Below, piece by piece: positions 13,655 through 26,276 of a DNA stretch of 64,000 nucleotides; positions within the stretch are counted from its first letter, which is position 1, and each line of letters begins with the position of its first letter. This DNA is from Polymyxa betae A26-41. Lineage: Eukaryota; Protista; Endomyxa: Phytomyxea. The notes beneath the pieces are model-generated. The model had not been told where the DNA came from. It searched no databases and saw only the letters and a program-made list of their open reading frames with translations. Where the stretch lies: the NCBI GenBank assembly GCA_003693705.1, contig RBZT01000156.1, positions 53,733 to 117,732 of the forward strand, in the 5' to 3' direction. Made by a program: the position numbers and the translations under genes.

Positions 13655-14362
13655 TCATAGCTGGTTAACAGACTCTGCTTCAATACAGCTCATACCGATC
13701 TTGTATTTCTGATCCGGATTCATTGCCTCTAGATAGCGCCATCCAAGCTTCTGTCCACAACCTTGGCAGAACTCCCAAGCTGTTTTATGAATGCCCGTCA
13801 TCAGCACGCGATCGATGCTCGGTCCACATTGGACGTTGGAAACACGACGAATTAGAATGGCTGGACCGGACTGACCGCGAAAATCTCGAGATACGATATC
13901 GGATTGACTGGCAATCTCTGTTCCACAGCTCTTGCATAAAATGTCTATTTTGGCTGCCAGCTTCTGCTTCAACAGCAGCCTATCAAGTCGGCTTCGAATG
14001 CTTTCAATCTCGGTCGAGTTCGTTCTGGATTCGGACTGCAGCGTCTCGAGCGATTGCTGAATAAGCTCAACGGATTTCTGCAGCTGCGAGGAGCATTCAT
14101 CTTCTGAACGTTGCTCGTTATCAGTGATATGTTTACTGGGTACCGGTAGCTCCGTTTCTTTAGAAGGCTCTGGCTCGTCTGGCTCGTCCGGAGGCTTTTT
14201 TTGAAATGGGAGCTTCTCCTCAATGGATTCGTCGTCCACTACAATAACTTGCGATTGGATCGATTCCACGACTTCGAATAAATTCTCGCTGCTGGAACTA
14301 ACTTGGACATCGACGAGTATCCAAGTAGCAGGATCGGATTCGCTGGGAGCGATAAACTCCAT
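13655..14362 (-). CDS. Yippee/Mis18-domain protein with acidic and coiled-coil N-terminal extension
   Basis: CKSC...FRGQSGPAIL...NV.CGP..DRVLMTGIH...CQGCGQKLGWRY.EA....QKYKIG. Confidence 0.85.
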   Translation of the reverse strand: MEFIAPSESDPATWILVDVQVSSSSENLFEVVESIQSQVIVVDDESIEEKLPFQKKPPDEPDEPEPSKETELPVPSKHITDNEQRSEDECSSQLQKSVELIQQSLETLQSESRTNSTEIESIRSRLDRLLLKQKLAAKIDILCKSCGTEIASQSDIVSRDFRGQSGPAILIRRVSNVQCGPSIDRVLMTGIHKTAWEFCQGCGQKLGWRYLEAMNPDQKYKIGMSCIEAESVNQL

Positions 14363-14648
14363 CGTGTTGAGATGGCTAGACAAATGAATGAATCGGCGAC
14401 AGTAGATAGGAGGTGTCCATCGTACTATGCTCAGTTATCCAGTTAAAAACGATGAACATTTTATATGAAAGTAATTTCAGGCCACTAGATAGATCTCTTT
14501 CATACAACCAATCCGGAAGCGAATACCTTCATTTAACCAATTTCTGGACCAAATCGCCAGACAATTCAGGTTTCAATAAACAATAATGTTGTGTCGTATA
14601 TGGTACTTTGATGATTGAATTGATAGAACAGTCAGTCTCATCTTTATC

Positions 14649-16622
14649 ATGACAAGTATGGCGTCGGCGGCAGCATCGACCCAGCTTAATGCTAAACAGC
14701 AAGCCTATAAGAAACTCACCGATGCCAGATCTGCTCAGGTAGGCAGCTCTCTTCCATTCCAGATCGCATCCTGAACCGGTGAAGACTGCCGAAGGGTTCA
14801 TGAAGCTTCTTGGACAACACACGCTGGAAGTCGATCTGAGCACGACGCCTCCTTTCCAAATGGAATGCCTCCTCCGAGTATTGCATTCGGTTCCTTCGTT
14901 CCAAACGGTTCGCATTCGAAACTCAGAACGGGCACAGAAACCGTATTTGAAGCGGCCGGATGCTCAGAAATCAAGTGGGAGAACACATTCAATGTTTTCC
15001 ACAATTAAATCAGTTTTACAGACAATCATCGGCGTTCATCGTCGTCAGCTAATCCTGAATCTGACGCTCAGAAACCGCTGATCCCCAGTCTGAACAGAAA
15101 CCATCACCTAATCACCTTAGAATTGGATTCAATACCAGCAAGTTTGGTTAAACGCATTCCGAACATGATGAAAGGATCCATTGCCTCGTTAAAGCATCTC
15201 CTTATCAGGAATGTAGCCATTGACGAACCTAGCCTGACGAGTCCGTTATAACGATCTGCAGATAGTCGTCTAACATTGTCCATGTAGAACTAATGCAAAC
15301 CATCGCTACGAGCCAAGTGTCTCATTTAGAATTGGTGAATTGCAGCCTGAATGGGAGCTGTGGGAAAGAACTCAAAGAAGTCATCTCGATACACAACATC
15401 AGGAGAGATGTGGCCAAATGGCAGGATAAATTACGCGATCAAGATAATGGATCGAATAGCAGCTCAATGGGATTACTCCATATCAACTTGTCCAATAATC
15501 AGCTGCAAGACAATGCCATTCGACCGTATCTCCTTTGCTCATCTTATCCATTAAACAGCACTGAAATACCAGCAGCATTATCGAAGCGTTAGTCGACGAT
15601 AAATGGGTGAAATCGTTGAATCTGTCGTCGAATTCGCTCTCGAACTCGATCATTGGCGAATTCATCGATCTGCTGAAAGTCAACAGCAGTTTGAATGCTG
15701 TCGCGGTCGATGACAATCACGAACTCGATCGTGGTATGGTCGCCCTGCTTCAGACGACATTATCCCTACGTCTGAATGATAAAGTAAACCCGGCATGAAT
15801 TTGTTCTTGCAGATCTTCTGAATCATTATAGCATGAATTTGAGGCAGCATTTGGCACTTCTGATGCAGATAATTATCCAGTTGTCGTCAAAGATCAAAAG
15901 CTACCACCTAAGAAGGTCAATCGTTAAGCGATGAAATCAATGGGGATTGATTGGTGCTCAGGTTCAGATCCCTTCGGCAAAGGCGACGAAAACCGTATCA
16001 TCCAGTGAACTGATCAGGTCGCTGGAGAAACTGTTTCATAATCAGGCCGATTCGACCGATGCGTTCGCCCGTGAACAATTTCGAGAAGTTGTCAGTGGCG
16101 TCCAGAAATTAACCGATATGTTGGGCAAGACACAAGATCAGCTGAAACAAACACAATCGGAGAATGAAGATCTGAAAGCAGAGATTAAGGTAAACTTGTA
16201 GATATGCATTGGAGAAAGCGAAGTGAATAATTGTCATAGAAACTCGGTCAAAGGGGTTCAATAAGTTCCAATCGTTCAAGGCATAGTAGAATCTCCAAGA
16301 AGAGAACCAAAAAGAGAATTTCCGATCACGAGAGGGAAATCGGATCTGCGATTACAGAGCAAGATCTTGATGATATGGTGGAGGTCAGATGGAAAGACAA
16401 AGGCGAAGATGGAATGCTAACGATTGCAATTAGGTGATCGAAATGTTTGAATCTGTGTTTGTTCGATTACACAAATATATGGACTCGCTGGAAATCTCGA
16501 AAGACGATACAAGCCAGGGCACGATTTGTTCCAATCAAGATCAAGTGTTCACAGATCTTTCAGAAAAAGTAAGAAAGTCGGCAGCCATATTATCGAAGCT
16601 ACAACCAAAGATTCAGCAATAG
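14649..16622 (+). CDS. CEP78: Centrosomal protein CEP78 homolog (LRR + coiled coil)
   Basis: RRDVAKWQDKLR..GLLHINLSNN..ALVDDKWVKSLNLSSN..LLKVNSSLNAVAVDDN matches the CEP78 LRR pattern; C-terminal coiled coil. Confidence 0.75.
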
Positions 16623-16703
16623 TTTTCCAACTATATATTTATCTATGAATGAGGATTACAGTTTACCAGTTATCTAGCCTGGTGTTGCCAGATTCGAACG
16701 AAG

Positions 16704-19700
16704 CTATCCTGGATCGTTATTGAACAAGTTGTGAACACGAGACATCACAAGGAAAGTATCCCTGGTGACATAATTTGTACCAGATATGTCGAGACATTCT
16801 TGAAAGTAGGTGGCCGCCTTTCTGGTAATAATGTCTGAGGCACGTTAGAATCAAGGCAGATAGGAGCAAACTGACATTCACATACCATTTCGCATTGATT
16901 GGATAATCGACGTAAACTCGGATAGCTCTGAAATACGTTGCTTGAAATCATTGCAGACGAATTTTCTCATCGCTTCCGCCTCGTTCAGGGCGGTCTCATA
17001 GCACCACATCGTAATCAACGAAGCAACCACTGTTTTCAGGCTTATCAGATGTTGCCTTTGGCAGATAGAGGGCGATTTCATACTTGTATGAACAGTAACA
17101 AACAACGTCACTGGGCTGAAGAATGTGGCGAATTTCTTGTAGTCAACCTCTTGGAAATTCTTCGAACTAGTGTCGAACAATCTGACAACGGTCATGATCT
17201 CGTCGTCTGTCACTCCGCAACGAAGACTTCGAATACACGAAATGAACTGCAACATTGACATGCGGCCGCTATATGCATGTAAGCTTGGACACTGAAGGAT
17301 ATGACTTTGACAGTACCATCGTCTAGGATCCGCTCGCCGGAACAATGCAATGATATCGTCAACTTTGAGCAGTTTCACTTTCACTCGATTCTTGATGCCT
17401 TGGTGGATGTGATGAAGAGTCAACAGAACTTGCATCTCTTGTTCGGCAACGCTGAAGAGAGATAACATCAGATGTGATAAAGCCAAGTAGCATTGCTTAT
17501 TCTTACATGGAACTATCAGCTAGTACGATTTCTGATTCCAAATGGCTTTCCGCGATTTCAACTGTCGCTTTGAAATGGAAGTATTTATGAACGTTCTGAA
17601 CAACTTCTTGTGCGATCTCTAATGGTATGAGGAGATCTGAATCGAAAAAATCAATAGACCTTGGGACCAGTTCTTCTTGCTCAGCTTCGTTAGTGGCTTT
17701 GGTCATAATACCCCAATTTCTAGTCTCAAACAAATCACGCTGCGCCTCGAAATGGATCTGAAGCCTCTCTGAGTAAGCAAAACAGAAGACGATTGTTGGC
17801 AACCTTTTGGATGCTTTCGTTGCCATGCCACAGATTTAACCCAAAAAGAATAACTCTCAAAGCATGCGACGTCAGATTGCTTTTTGAAAGACCCAAAAAC
17901 TGGCCCATATACGATATCAAAGGAAGCGTTCCACATTCACTGAGAGCTAAGTTCTTCAGTTGGATTTCTTGTAGTGAAGAACATAGTCTGTAAACATTTT
18001 GAGCATCATAAATCAGTTCGGAATAAGGAGAACCAAACCTTCCCATTTCTTCGTCAGCCCTAGCCTTGGTGCCATACTTCATCTGAAAGTAGACGGGCAG
18101 AAGTTCGGGCAGCTGCGGTGGCCTTGCAATGGCAAACGGCTAAATGTTGATTAAGTTTCAGATCGACAGACGCTAGCCAATAGCCAGACCTGTTCAAAAT
18201 CCTGTATGACATCCAACAGTATCTGCAACGAGATTTGATGCAGCTGAGAAGGACTATAATGAGGTGGCGGGGTCTAATAAGCGATCACAATATGAAAGGG
18301 ATGATAACACGTCTCACTTACTTGCTGGATCTGATACGCATTCAACGCATGGATGACAACTTGTGGAATCCGACCAAGAACAAGATCTAATCCGACGCCG
18401 GATAGGGTCGTACTGCACCAATGCTTGAGGCGTTGCACGCCGAGTAAACTGATGGTGGGCATACCTCGGTAGCGATAACTTCTCCAAACCAACCGAATGG
18501 GCTGACAGGAACTTGCGATCTTCATTCGGCTTTTGGACATCATTGGAATCATGCCCGATTCGTGCTGATCTTGTTAGCGAGCTTATTACCGAGCCTAACG
18601 CTGTTGATGATCGGCGTCTGGTCCTCTTCTGTGCAGCATCCAATACGTCAGAAGAGGTACAGCACGTTAGTAAGTTCCCATACAGATTCCGCCTCAGATT
18701 TCGCAGGTAATCCCAATCCAGCCGAATGAACAGCAAAATATCTCGTCTCTCCTCGTTGAGTGGATACAACTTCTGTAATCTGAAGTCGGCATTATACAAC
18801 GAACTATAGATAGTAAGAGAGGTCTCATTACCTCACGAGCCTGCTCAGTATCCTCATCGCTATAAAGATGACTGATCAATCTCTGTCTTGTAAGCAGCTC
18901 GCTTGCCTTTACCCGACCTCTCAATGAGATGTTCTCCTTCTTGATTTGATACAGTTCTGATAAGCTTTTAGCTGATCACAATTCACCTCGCTGATTTTCA
19001 CCATTCTGAAGCCCATCAACGAGTTTTTTGTAAATGTCCATATCAAACGATTCTTGCAGCTTTGATATGGCAGTTGAAGCATGGCCGGATGACAAGCGAT
19101 GTGCATCTGAAGTGCTTGGCTCGGATGCCGAGGATCCTATTTGTCTATTCAGATTACAGAAGTGTACATTGTTTTACAGCATACTCCGTTTGCGCCATAT
19201 CTGATCGAGACACAGCATCATCTCAAAGACGAATCCCATTCCGTTCCAGCTCTCATCAAGGATCCAGCCCAACATCAAATTTTCACTTCCGACCTAAAAA
19301 ACATCAAGATCCAATTCCAATCAGCTGTGGTCAATACTACAAATTTCAGAGCTCTTCGAAATAATCCTGTCAACGAGATCAGTTGCTGTGTAGGCCTTGA
19401 CAAATCATTAATCATTGACGTTCGAAAGAGCTCAGGATTATCAGCAGCTCTCCTGAATTCTTCAGTATCTTCTCGTATATCATCCACTAATTGTGAAATG
19501 TCCCGCCGAAGCTGATCAAGTTGCTGGATTTGGCTTCTCTGCAACGGGTCCAGATTTGGGTCTTGATTACTAGTTCGGATAAGCAGTTAAATTTGATGAG
19601 CAAGTATCAAATTTACCTAAGTTTTCTCAAGGTAGCAAATTTTGCAGTTGATGCCGAGTTCTGAGCATGGCGCCTAAGAATACTGAATACATGTGTAGCA

Positions 19701-20535
19701 TGCAAGTCGATGACTATACAAGTTGGAAGCAGGGCTTTGAGATTCGGATTCTAAAGTCGTCATCAACTCGTTATTGAGAGCGAGCTCCCTCGTGATTGCA
19801 GCGAGCTTCAAACAAAGAATGAGTCGATGACAACTTCAATAATGAAATCATACTTGATTTGCATACAGTGAGGCAGCTTCTGCCATCAGCTCCATTGAAT
19901 CATCATCATCTGGACCTGTTGAACAACGCTCTGATAAGACAACAAGGTGAAGTAGAATGTTCAACACACCTTCTGAAAGAGCCTCCCTGCTAGGTTGTTC
20001 GGTTTGATTATTAGTTGTGTCGATATCCTCAAGAATTCCACGCAAACCAGGGCTTTCAAATTGTACTCGACCTTTAAGAAAGTGAAGGGGCGACTTCGGT
20101 GAAACAGTCGACGACCTCGCAGAGGCCAGATTGGCATCATCATTCTCAGGTTCGCTTTTCAATCCAGCTATTTCTCGTAGAGTCCATTTACGCTTATACT
20201 GAGGTCGTGGCAATTCTATAATAGCTATTAGGCGACTATTTCGCCGGTTTTGGCACAATACCTGGGACGTCTTGACTCTGTGCAACTTGTAATGCTGGAG
20301 CTATAATAGCCAGAATCTCCTTTTTGCTTTTAGCATCAGCTACCAATTTGCGAGCAGCAATAAAAGAATCTCCTTTCGGAATGCGAGACAAAAGACACTT
20401 TTTTCGATATGCGGCTGACGCCGGGAGCGATTTCGAATTTGGAGCTGAACTTGGTCGTGTTATTGCTCCTTGGACTTGCTCTTTGGATGCCAATGCCAAT
20501 TGCACATCTGTCTTTCTTTTTTGTTCAAAAGGCAT
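16704..20535 (-). CDS. Large hypothetical protein with coiled coil and C-terminal EF-hand-like motifs (multi-exon)
   Basis: Chain of minus-strand ORFs joined by GT-AG introns; VTDDEIMTVVRLFDTSSKNFQEVDYKKF EF-hand-like; last exon ...HNLFNNDPG*. Confidence 0.6.
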
Positions 20536-20717
20536 CGATTCCCTAATTGCAACGTAGCAACATGGAATGAGGAGTACTAGCGATCCTAGCCGTTAACTAT
20601 GCGAGTCGTCGTGTAAAACATTATCGTGCAAGCAAAGCTTGAAAAACCGAGGAGGAAATGTTTCCTTGGGGAACGCAATGAAGCTCATTCATTCTATGAT
20701 GCGATCAGTATTAAACC

Positions 20718-21970
20718 ATGAGCCAACAGCACCAGCGGTTTCTACTACGATTTATTCGTTCTCTGGTATAGTGCTATCGAACCAGACGACGACCAAGCTC
20801 CGACGCTGGCGTCGCCTCTGGCTGTGACACCATCGCTGACGCTGCCTGATGTGCCGCCACCTTCCCCGACGACCATTGAGACAGGCAGTCTGGAAGACAC
20901 GGTCGCCACCATCCAGCAGCTGGATCTGTGGTCGCAAGAGAACGGTGCCGCCGCCATCAAGACGCTGGACGTAAATGATAGGCTTTGTTATATGAGGAAA
21001 CGGGGACCTGGAAGACACGAGTCCCAAGGTGCGGATTCCACTCGGAACCCATCGCCCCGACCTAATCGAGAATCAGATCGGCTCTTTTGAGGTTTCCAAC
21101 GGGAGATGCTGGTGCGATTGAACGCCGCCCGCCCTTGGTATCGTCTTCTTCGATAGGCAGGCCTTGTTCACCGGACTCGAACGCAGACCTGACCCCGGTT
21201 TTGCTCGTAGCTGCGAAGCTTCCTCAGGAATTTCTAACAGCGAAAGTTTATTGTATTGGACAGCAGTGGTTGTAGATGAAGACAAAAACAAAGTGACAAC
21301 TGGACAGCAGTGGTTGTCGATGAAGACAAAAACAAAATGACTATTGAATACACTACGTCTAACGACCTCGTGGAGAATGAGATCAACAAAATCCTTAAAA
21401 CGATCAAAAAAGGCAAGCAGAAATACAGGGAGATACAGCCAGCGGTCAAACTCTACCTTCAAGGAGTTAAATCGGCAGGTAGCAGTCACAACATGGCTAT
21501 AATTGAATACGTAACCAGAACAATCCACTATTGGAAATATTTCACATATCTTTTCCCAACTGGGGAAGAAGGCTTCTTGGAATGATACGAGGATTGGATA
21601 TTGACAACAGCCTTGAAGTATTGAAAACGACATATCGATACGAGATTCTCGCAGAATCTGATGTCTGCGTCCTACATACGCTGTTGATCGATTTTTCAAG
21701 TCGAAAGTCACTGCTGCCAATCGAATAACGGTCCGCAATGGAGCTAAGGAGTCGTCAATGCTGGGCACATTCGAAACCACTCAAATAGCAACCCAGGTTT
21801 CCATGCTTCACCAGCATATTTTCATCATCACTATCTTAATTTATGCGCAATTGCAAGAGATCGAAGTTGTTGCCTATGGAGTCTATGAACGGAATGCGCT
21901 TCAAACGCCTGCTTTGATGCATGCAAGGTTAAAGCGTTATAAGAAAAAAGCAAATAAAGCACGCCATTAA
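20718..21970 (+). CDS. Orphan multi-exon gene (possibly decaying) containing a 44-bp tandem duplication
   Basis: Protein-like segments (P/T-rich N-terminus; VVVDEDKNKMTIEY...; IEVVAYGVYERNALQ...); splicing not fully resolved. Confidence 0.4.
21257..21342 (+). repeat. 44-bp imperfect tandem duplication
   Basis: tggacagcagtggttgtagatgaagacaaaaacaaagtgacaac / tggacagcagtggttgtcgatgaagacaaaaacaaaatgac. Confidence 0.95.
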
Positions 21971-22206
21971 AGCAGATTTTGAAAGCACCGCGAGAAGTGC
22001 GTTAACGAATTGAGGAGTGCGTTTAAACTAAAGCGCTTTATTATTTGTGCGAGAAGCCAACTTTGAACCCTGAAAAGCAGAAGAAAGCAGCGGATTACGC
22101 AGCTTTAAAAGTCCCTACTAAAATGAATGTCATTCATCAACGAGTACAAGTGGTGCGGCCTCTGCTCTAATCGCATCTAAATCATCTTAGATTTCGAAGT
22201 TCGCCC

Positions 22207-22872
22207 ATGTCAACCGCTGCTCTGTCCAGGCGAATAGTCAAGGAGACGCAGCGTCTACTGAAAGAACCAGGTCAGTTTCGGTCCGGGTCATGACGTGGGT
22301 ATCGATTCTGATCTGGATCTCTAGTTCCTGGAATTGTTTGCATACCTGACGAGAATAATATTCGCTATTTCCACATTGAAATCGATGGGCCAGCTGATAC
22401 TCCATATTATGGAGGCGTTTTTCGAATTGAAATGTTTCTACCTGATACATGTGTGTTTTTCCATCGATACGAATTGTTGTTCTGTAGCCTAACTGGTGTT
22501 AGATCCAATGAGCCCTCCTAAAGTTCGCTTTCTAACAAAAGTTTACCAGTAATATGCTCTTAATCATTTTTGTTAGCCATTCAAACTGGTATTAGCCCTA
22601 ACATTGACAGACTTGGCCGGATCTGCTTGGATATTTTGAAAGACAAGTGGAGTCCAGCCCTGCAAATCAAATCCGTCTGTCTTTCAATTCAGTGCTTATT
22701 GCAGAGGTTTTTGATCGTTTCAACGTTTGACGCTCTGTTAAGTTTGATTTACAGTCCGAACCCTTTAGATCCTTTGGCTAACGACGTGGCCGAACATTGG
22801 AAGACAGACGAAGATGGTGCTCTTGCAACTGCCAATGAGTGGACGGCAATGTATGCCATTAAAAAAGCCTGA
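22207..22872 (+). CDS. UBC13: Ubiquitin-conjugating enzyme E2 N (Ubc13), 5 exons
   Basis: Spliced: [25 protein letters not shown]...[40 protein letters not shown]...[11 protein letters not shown]. Confidence 0.95.
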
Positions 22873-23046
22873 GGCCTAATTTCAATTACATTAAATGTGC
22901 ATAATAACCTATCTGAACAAAACGTGCCTCTTGCTTGATGTATCGAGAAAATCGATTATTCGTCAAACTTATCTTCCAAGTTCAGGAAAACGCGTGTTAG
23001 ATATACTTGAAGCGTTTGCGCTGGTGGTTCAGATTATCTTGGCAGC

Positions 23047-23428
23047 ATGACAGCTATCTTTTATCGCTCGTGGCGGCTAATCACGTCTCCGTTTCGATCC
23101 ATTTACTCCATATGGCACGAGTTTTCCACCCTCGGTCAAGCTGAATATGAGGCCGTTTTGCAACAGCATAAGAAATTGCAGGCAGACGCCGCTGCAAATA
23201 AAGCTGCTATGGAGAGAACAACAAAAGATATGTTCAAAGGAACCTTATCACATGCAGCTGCCGTCAATGATTCTTTTGCCAGCTCCATTGAACAAAACAA
23301 CAAAAAGGTAATTACCAAAACCAGAGGCTGGTTCTACGAGAATTTAGGTTTGATAGGTGGAAGAGAAAATCGAATCATTTTTGTCTCAGGTACAAGATGT
23401 GCATAATAGACAAACGACAAAAGCATAA
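23047..23428 (+). CDS. Small hypothetical protein (2 exons), possibly mitochondrial
   Basis: Basic/hydroxylated N-terminus then coiled coil; intron ~23308-23389; AATAAA at ~23447. Confidence 0.5.
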
Positions 23429-23500
23429 AACTATTTTCGAGATTTCAATAAAGTTTTGGTGTTCATACCGAAAGCCCTTCACTTTTTCGCCGTCGTTATC

Positions 23501-23935
23501 ATGATGCCAACCTTTCTGGGCAGGGTTCGTTCATACTTCATTCGTCGTCAAAGTCTCTCTGTTGCCCTCGGGACAATCACTGTCTTGTCGATCAGTTACA
23601 CTCCATTTGCCTATGTGAAGCCTCATGAAAGAGATGTTGAGATTGACCTCTCTGCTGCTGATGCGTATGTTATGTCCAGAATAGATTTATACGCTCCTGA
23701 CTCCTGTTTTCAGAGACCGATTTCGAGAGAAGGCGCGATCATCCCGATTAAGTTCGAAATCTGCTTAACCTGTTCGCAGCTCTTTTCTAGAATTGAGCTA
23801 CCTCGAATGAAAGGAACTCATAACAGACTACAAATTAAAAATCTCTCTTCATTTCTCACTGAACTTCACAACCGTTTAACTCTGACTTGGCTTCGCTGCT
23901 ATCTGCTAACAAGCGATGGCATTCAGTGTTCATGA
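23501..23935 (+). CDS. Small hypothetical membrane protein, 3' exons unresolved
   Basis: MMPTFLGRVRSYFIRRQSLSVALGTITVLSISY..., followed by a GTATGT...TTTCAG intron. Confidence 0.35.
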   Translation: MMPTFLGRVRSYFIRRQSLSVALGTITVLSISYTPFAYVKPHERDVEIDLSAADAYVMSRIDLYAPDSCFQRPISREGAIIPIKFEICLTCSQLFSRIELPRMKGTHNRLQIKNLSSFLTELHNRLTLTWLRCYLLTSDGIQCS

Positions 23936-24424
23936 TGTTCAAACATGTCGGAATCGTTTGATCCGATTTGTAAATATTGTTTTAGAAACTTTCCGGCCAC
24001 GCCAGATTTCATCCAGAGCCGCTTCTGTTTTGTTATGACATGGCTCAAGAGCGATCCTGAGTTTATAAAAAGATGTGTTTAATATTCATGCGCTTGATCG
24101 CCAGATTTTTTTGAAAGGAACAAATTCATGACTTAAAATAGCCATTTTATACCAATTGCTACTGTCAAAGTGATATTACAGCTGATATAATTGAATTAAC
24201 AAACGTCAAAAAACAAGTTTTGGCAAACGCTGTTTTGCTGATCTTAATGGGCGATTTGAGAATCTTATCGAGACAATTAGCGGATTCGGTCGCATTCGGC
24301 GTTCCGAGTTCACACCTGGAACAGTTGCTTCGCTTGGCAATGCAAGGCTAGGCAGATGCGCACGCAATTCGATGGGATCTTCCTGGACGCGATTAGGTAG
24401 GCCCTCTGCAGAAACTAGATCGCC

Positions 24425-26116
24425 ATGAGGGACAGCTCCAGCACCTTCAATGACATGTTTCATTCCCTATCACAAATATTGCCTGGTTTTCCAGTCAATC
24501 CATCTTCCATCGAGATTTTGCAATCGCCTCGACATTTCTATGAAACGCTTTTGGTACTTTTCATGCAGGAATCTACTTGATTCTGCTATCTAATTTGCAT
24601 TCAGAATGAGATTGAAGTCAGCAAAGAGCGGATTTCAATTTCTTCGTTATATTTAGGGACTGGCGAACTTGAACAGGATCTGGTATCCTTTAGCATCTAT
24701 ACTATGCAGGAGTACAATAGTGAATGGGATATAGGTGGATAAGCTGCATTCCAAATTGAGTTCGACAGACAAACTCGAAACAAACTTCGTGTTTGACTAT
24801 CATCGTGCACAACGTATTGACTCTTCTAATGCCAGCTCGCTTACAGTTTTAGACAAGGTTTCCACAGAAGGCACACGTTCAACGTCGTTTGAATTTTTGG
24901 TAGATTTTAAGTGATGCGTCTGTGAGAAATCGATTCCAATTATGCCTCTATCGATGTCCTCAGTATCGCTCATATCATGACCTTTGTTTAGGCATGAGAT
25001 GGAAAGAGATTATTGGAGTCCAACATACCAAGCTTTATGTGTTTGATGACACCGTCATCATTTCTGGGGCCAATCTAAGCCATTCCTATTTTGTTAATCG
25101 TTCTGATCGGTATTATAAACTGAAGGACAGGCAGCTAGCAGATTATTTGCATGCTCTGATTTCCAAAATCGGCAGAGCCTCATTCTTATACGATCACACA
25201 TCCAAATCACTTCAGGCTCCCATTTCTTCTCTGCGTCCTGAATCCTTCAGGCATTGTTTCAACTTTCCTACCAAGGTAAGGGTACACTCTCGACACAACC
25301 CATCCGGTAAGAAGCTTGTAGGCCTTAGAGAACCCGAAAGGAACGTGGGTGTTCCTAGCGATGCAATTGGGTATTGCTGGGATTTACCAAGATGAGCTTG
25401 CTCTGTTTTCTGTTTTGAGAGCTTGCGATTCTTCGAGAGCTTCAGTAACTTTCGCATCTGGATATCTCAATATGACACCCAAATTGCAAAAGTGTCTCAT
25501 TGATTTAAAAGGTATGGCAACGCTTCTGGTTTCGGCTATCTGTAATGTGACGAGGCAGCAAATATCAACATATTAACGGCCTCACCTTCTGCAAATGGTT
25601 TCTATAATGCTAAGGGTGTTGCAAGGCATATCCCAAATGTCTATTCCTTCATACAAGCACAGACTCTGGACTTAAACAAATTGTAGGCACATTGTACTAT
25701 GCATTCGTCTTGCTGTATTTTTAAAACATTCCTCAGCCAAGGAAGAATAACTATGGCAGAATATGACCGACCCGGTTGGACGTATCATGAGAAAGGCATC
25801 TGGATAGGACCAGATAAAGACCAGCCTCCTCTACTTACTACAATAGGTAGCTCAAATTTCGGATACCGATCGGCAAGAAGGGATCTTGAATGCCAACTCT
25901 ACATTCTCTCCTCAGAATCCACTTTCCGCAAGGTATCAGTGCAAATCATCGATAGGTTTTTGAACTGATCGAGAAATACAGCGTCTAGGCAATGAAGTAT
26001 CCGATTCAATGAGGTACGTGTCGCCGGTGACAGCTGAGACATTCCAGCGAGCGCCAGGGCGGCGCCCGTCATTCGGGATTCGACTCGTATCCAGGCTGAT
26101 TAAAACATGGCTGTGA
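24425..26116 (+). CDS. PGS1: PLD-type phosphatidylglycerophosphate synthase
   Basis: SLYLGTG, DYHRAQR, GVQHTKLYVFDDTVIISGANLSHSYFVNRSDRY, GWTYHEKGIW, TIGSSNFGYRSARRDLE. Confidence 0.93.
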
Positions 26117-26276
26117 GATTTGATGATGATGTGTTGAGTTTCCGTAACGCCTTTGCATCGTTATCGAAGGGTTGCAGTTCAGATCTATAACTGAAGGTAC
26201 TCTTAGTAGCTTTATAGTACCAACCCATGTGCTCCTCTATATGCTTGTGAATCTCGGGTGAGGATTTATCCAAACC

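Noticed and set aside
21073-21780. 235-aa minus-strand ORF
   Set aside because: Reads like the antisense shadow of K/E-rich plus-strand coding; no recognisable motifs
23800-24420. Possible additional minus-strand gene between the small ORF and PGS1
   Set aside because: Several partial splice models exist but none has a supported start or recognisable product
26120-26196. Possible C/D-box snoRNA (ATGATGA...CTGA) after PGS1
   Set aside because: Apparent rRNA complementarity is only ~6 nt outside the D box and there is no terminal stem; likely 3'UTR
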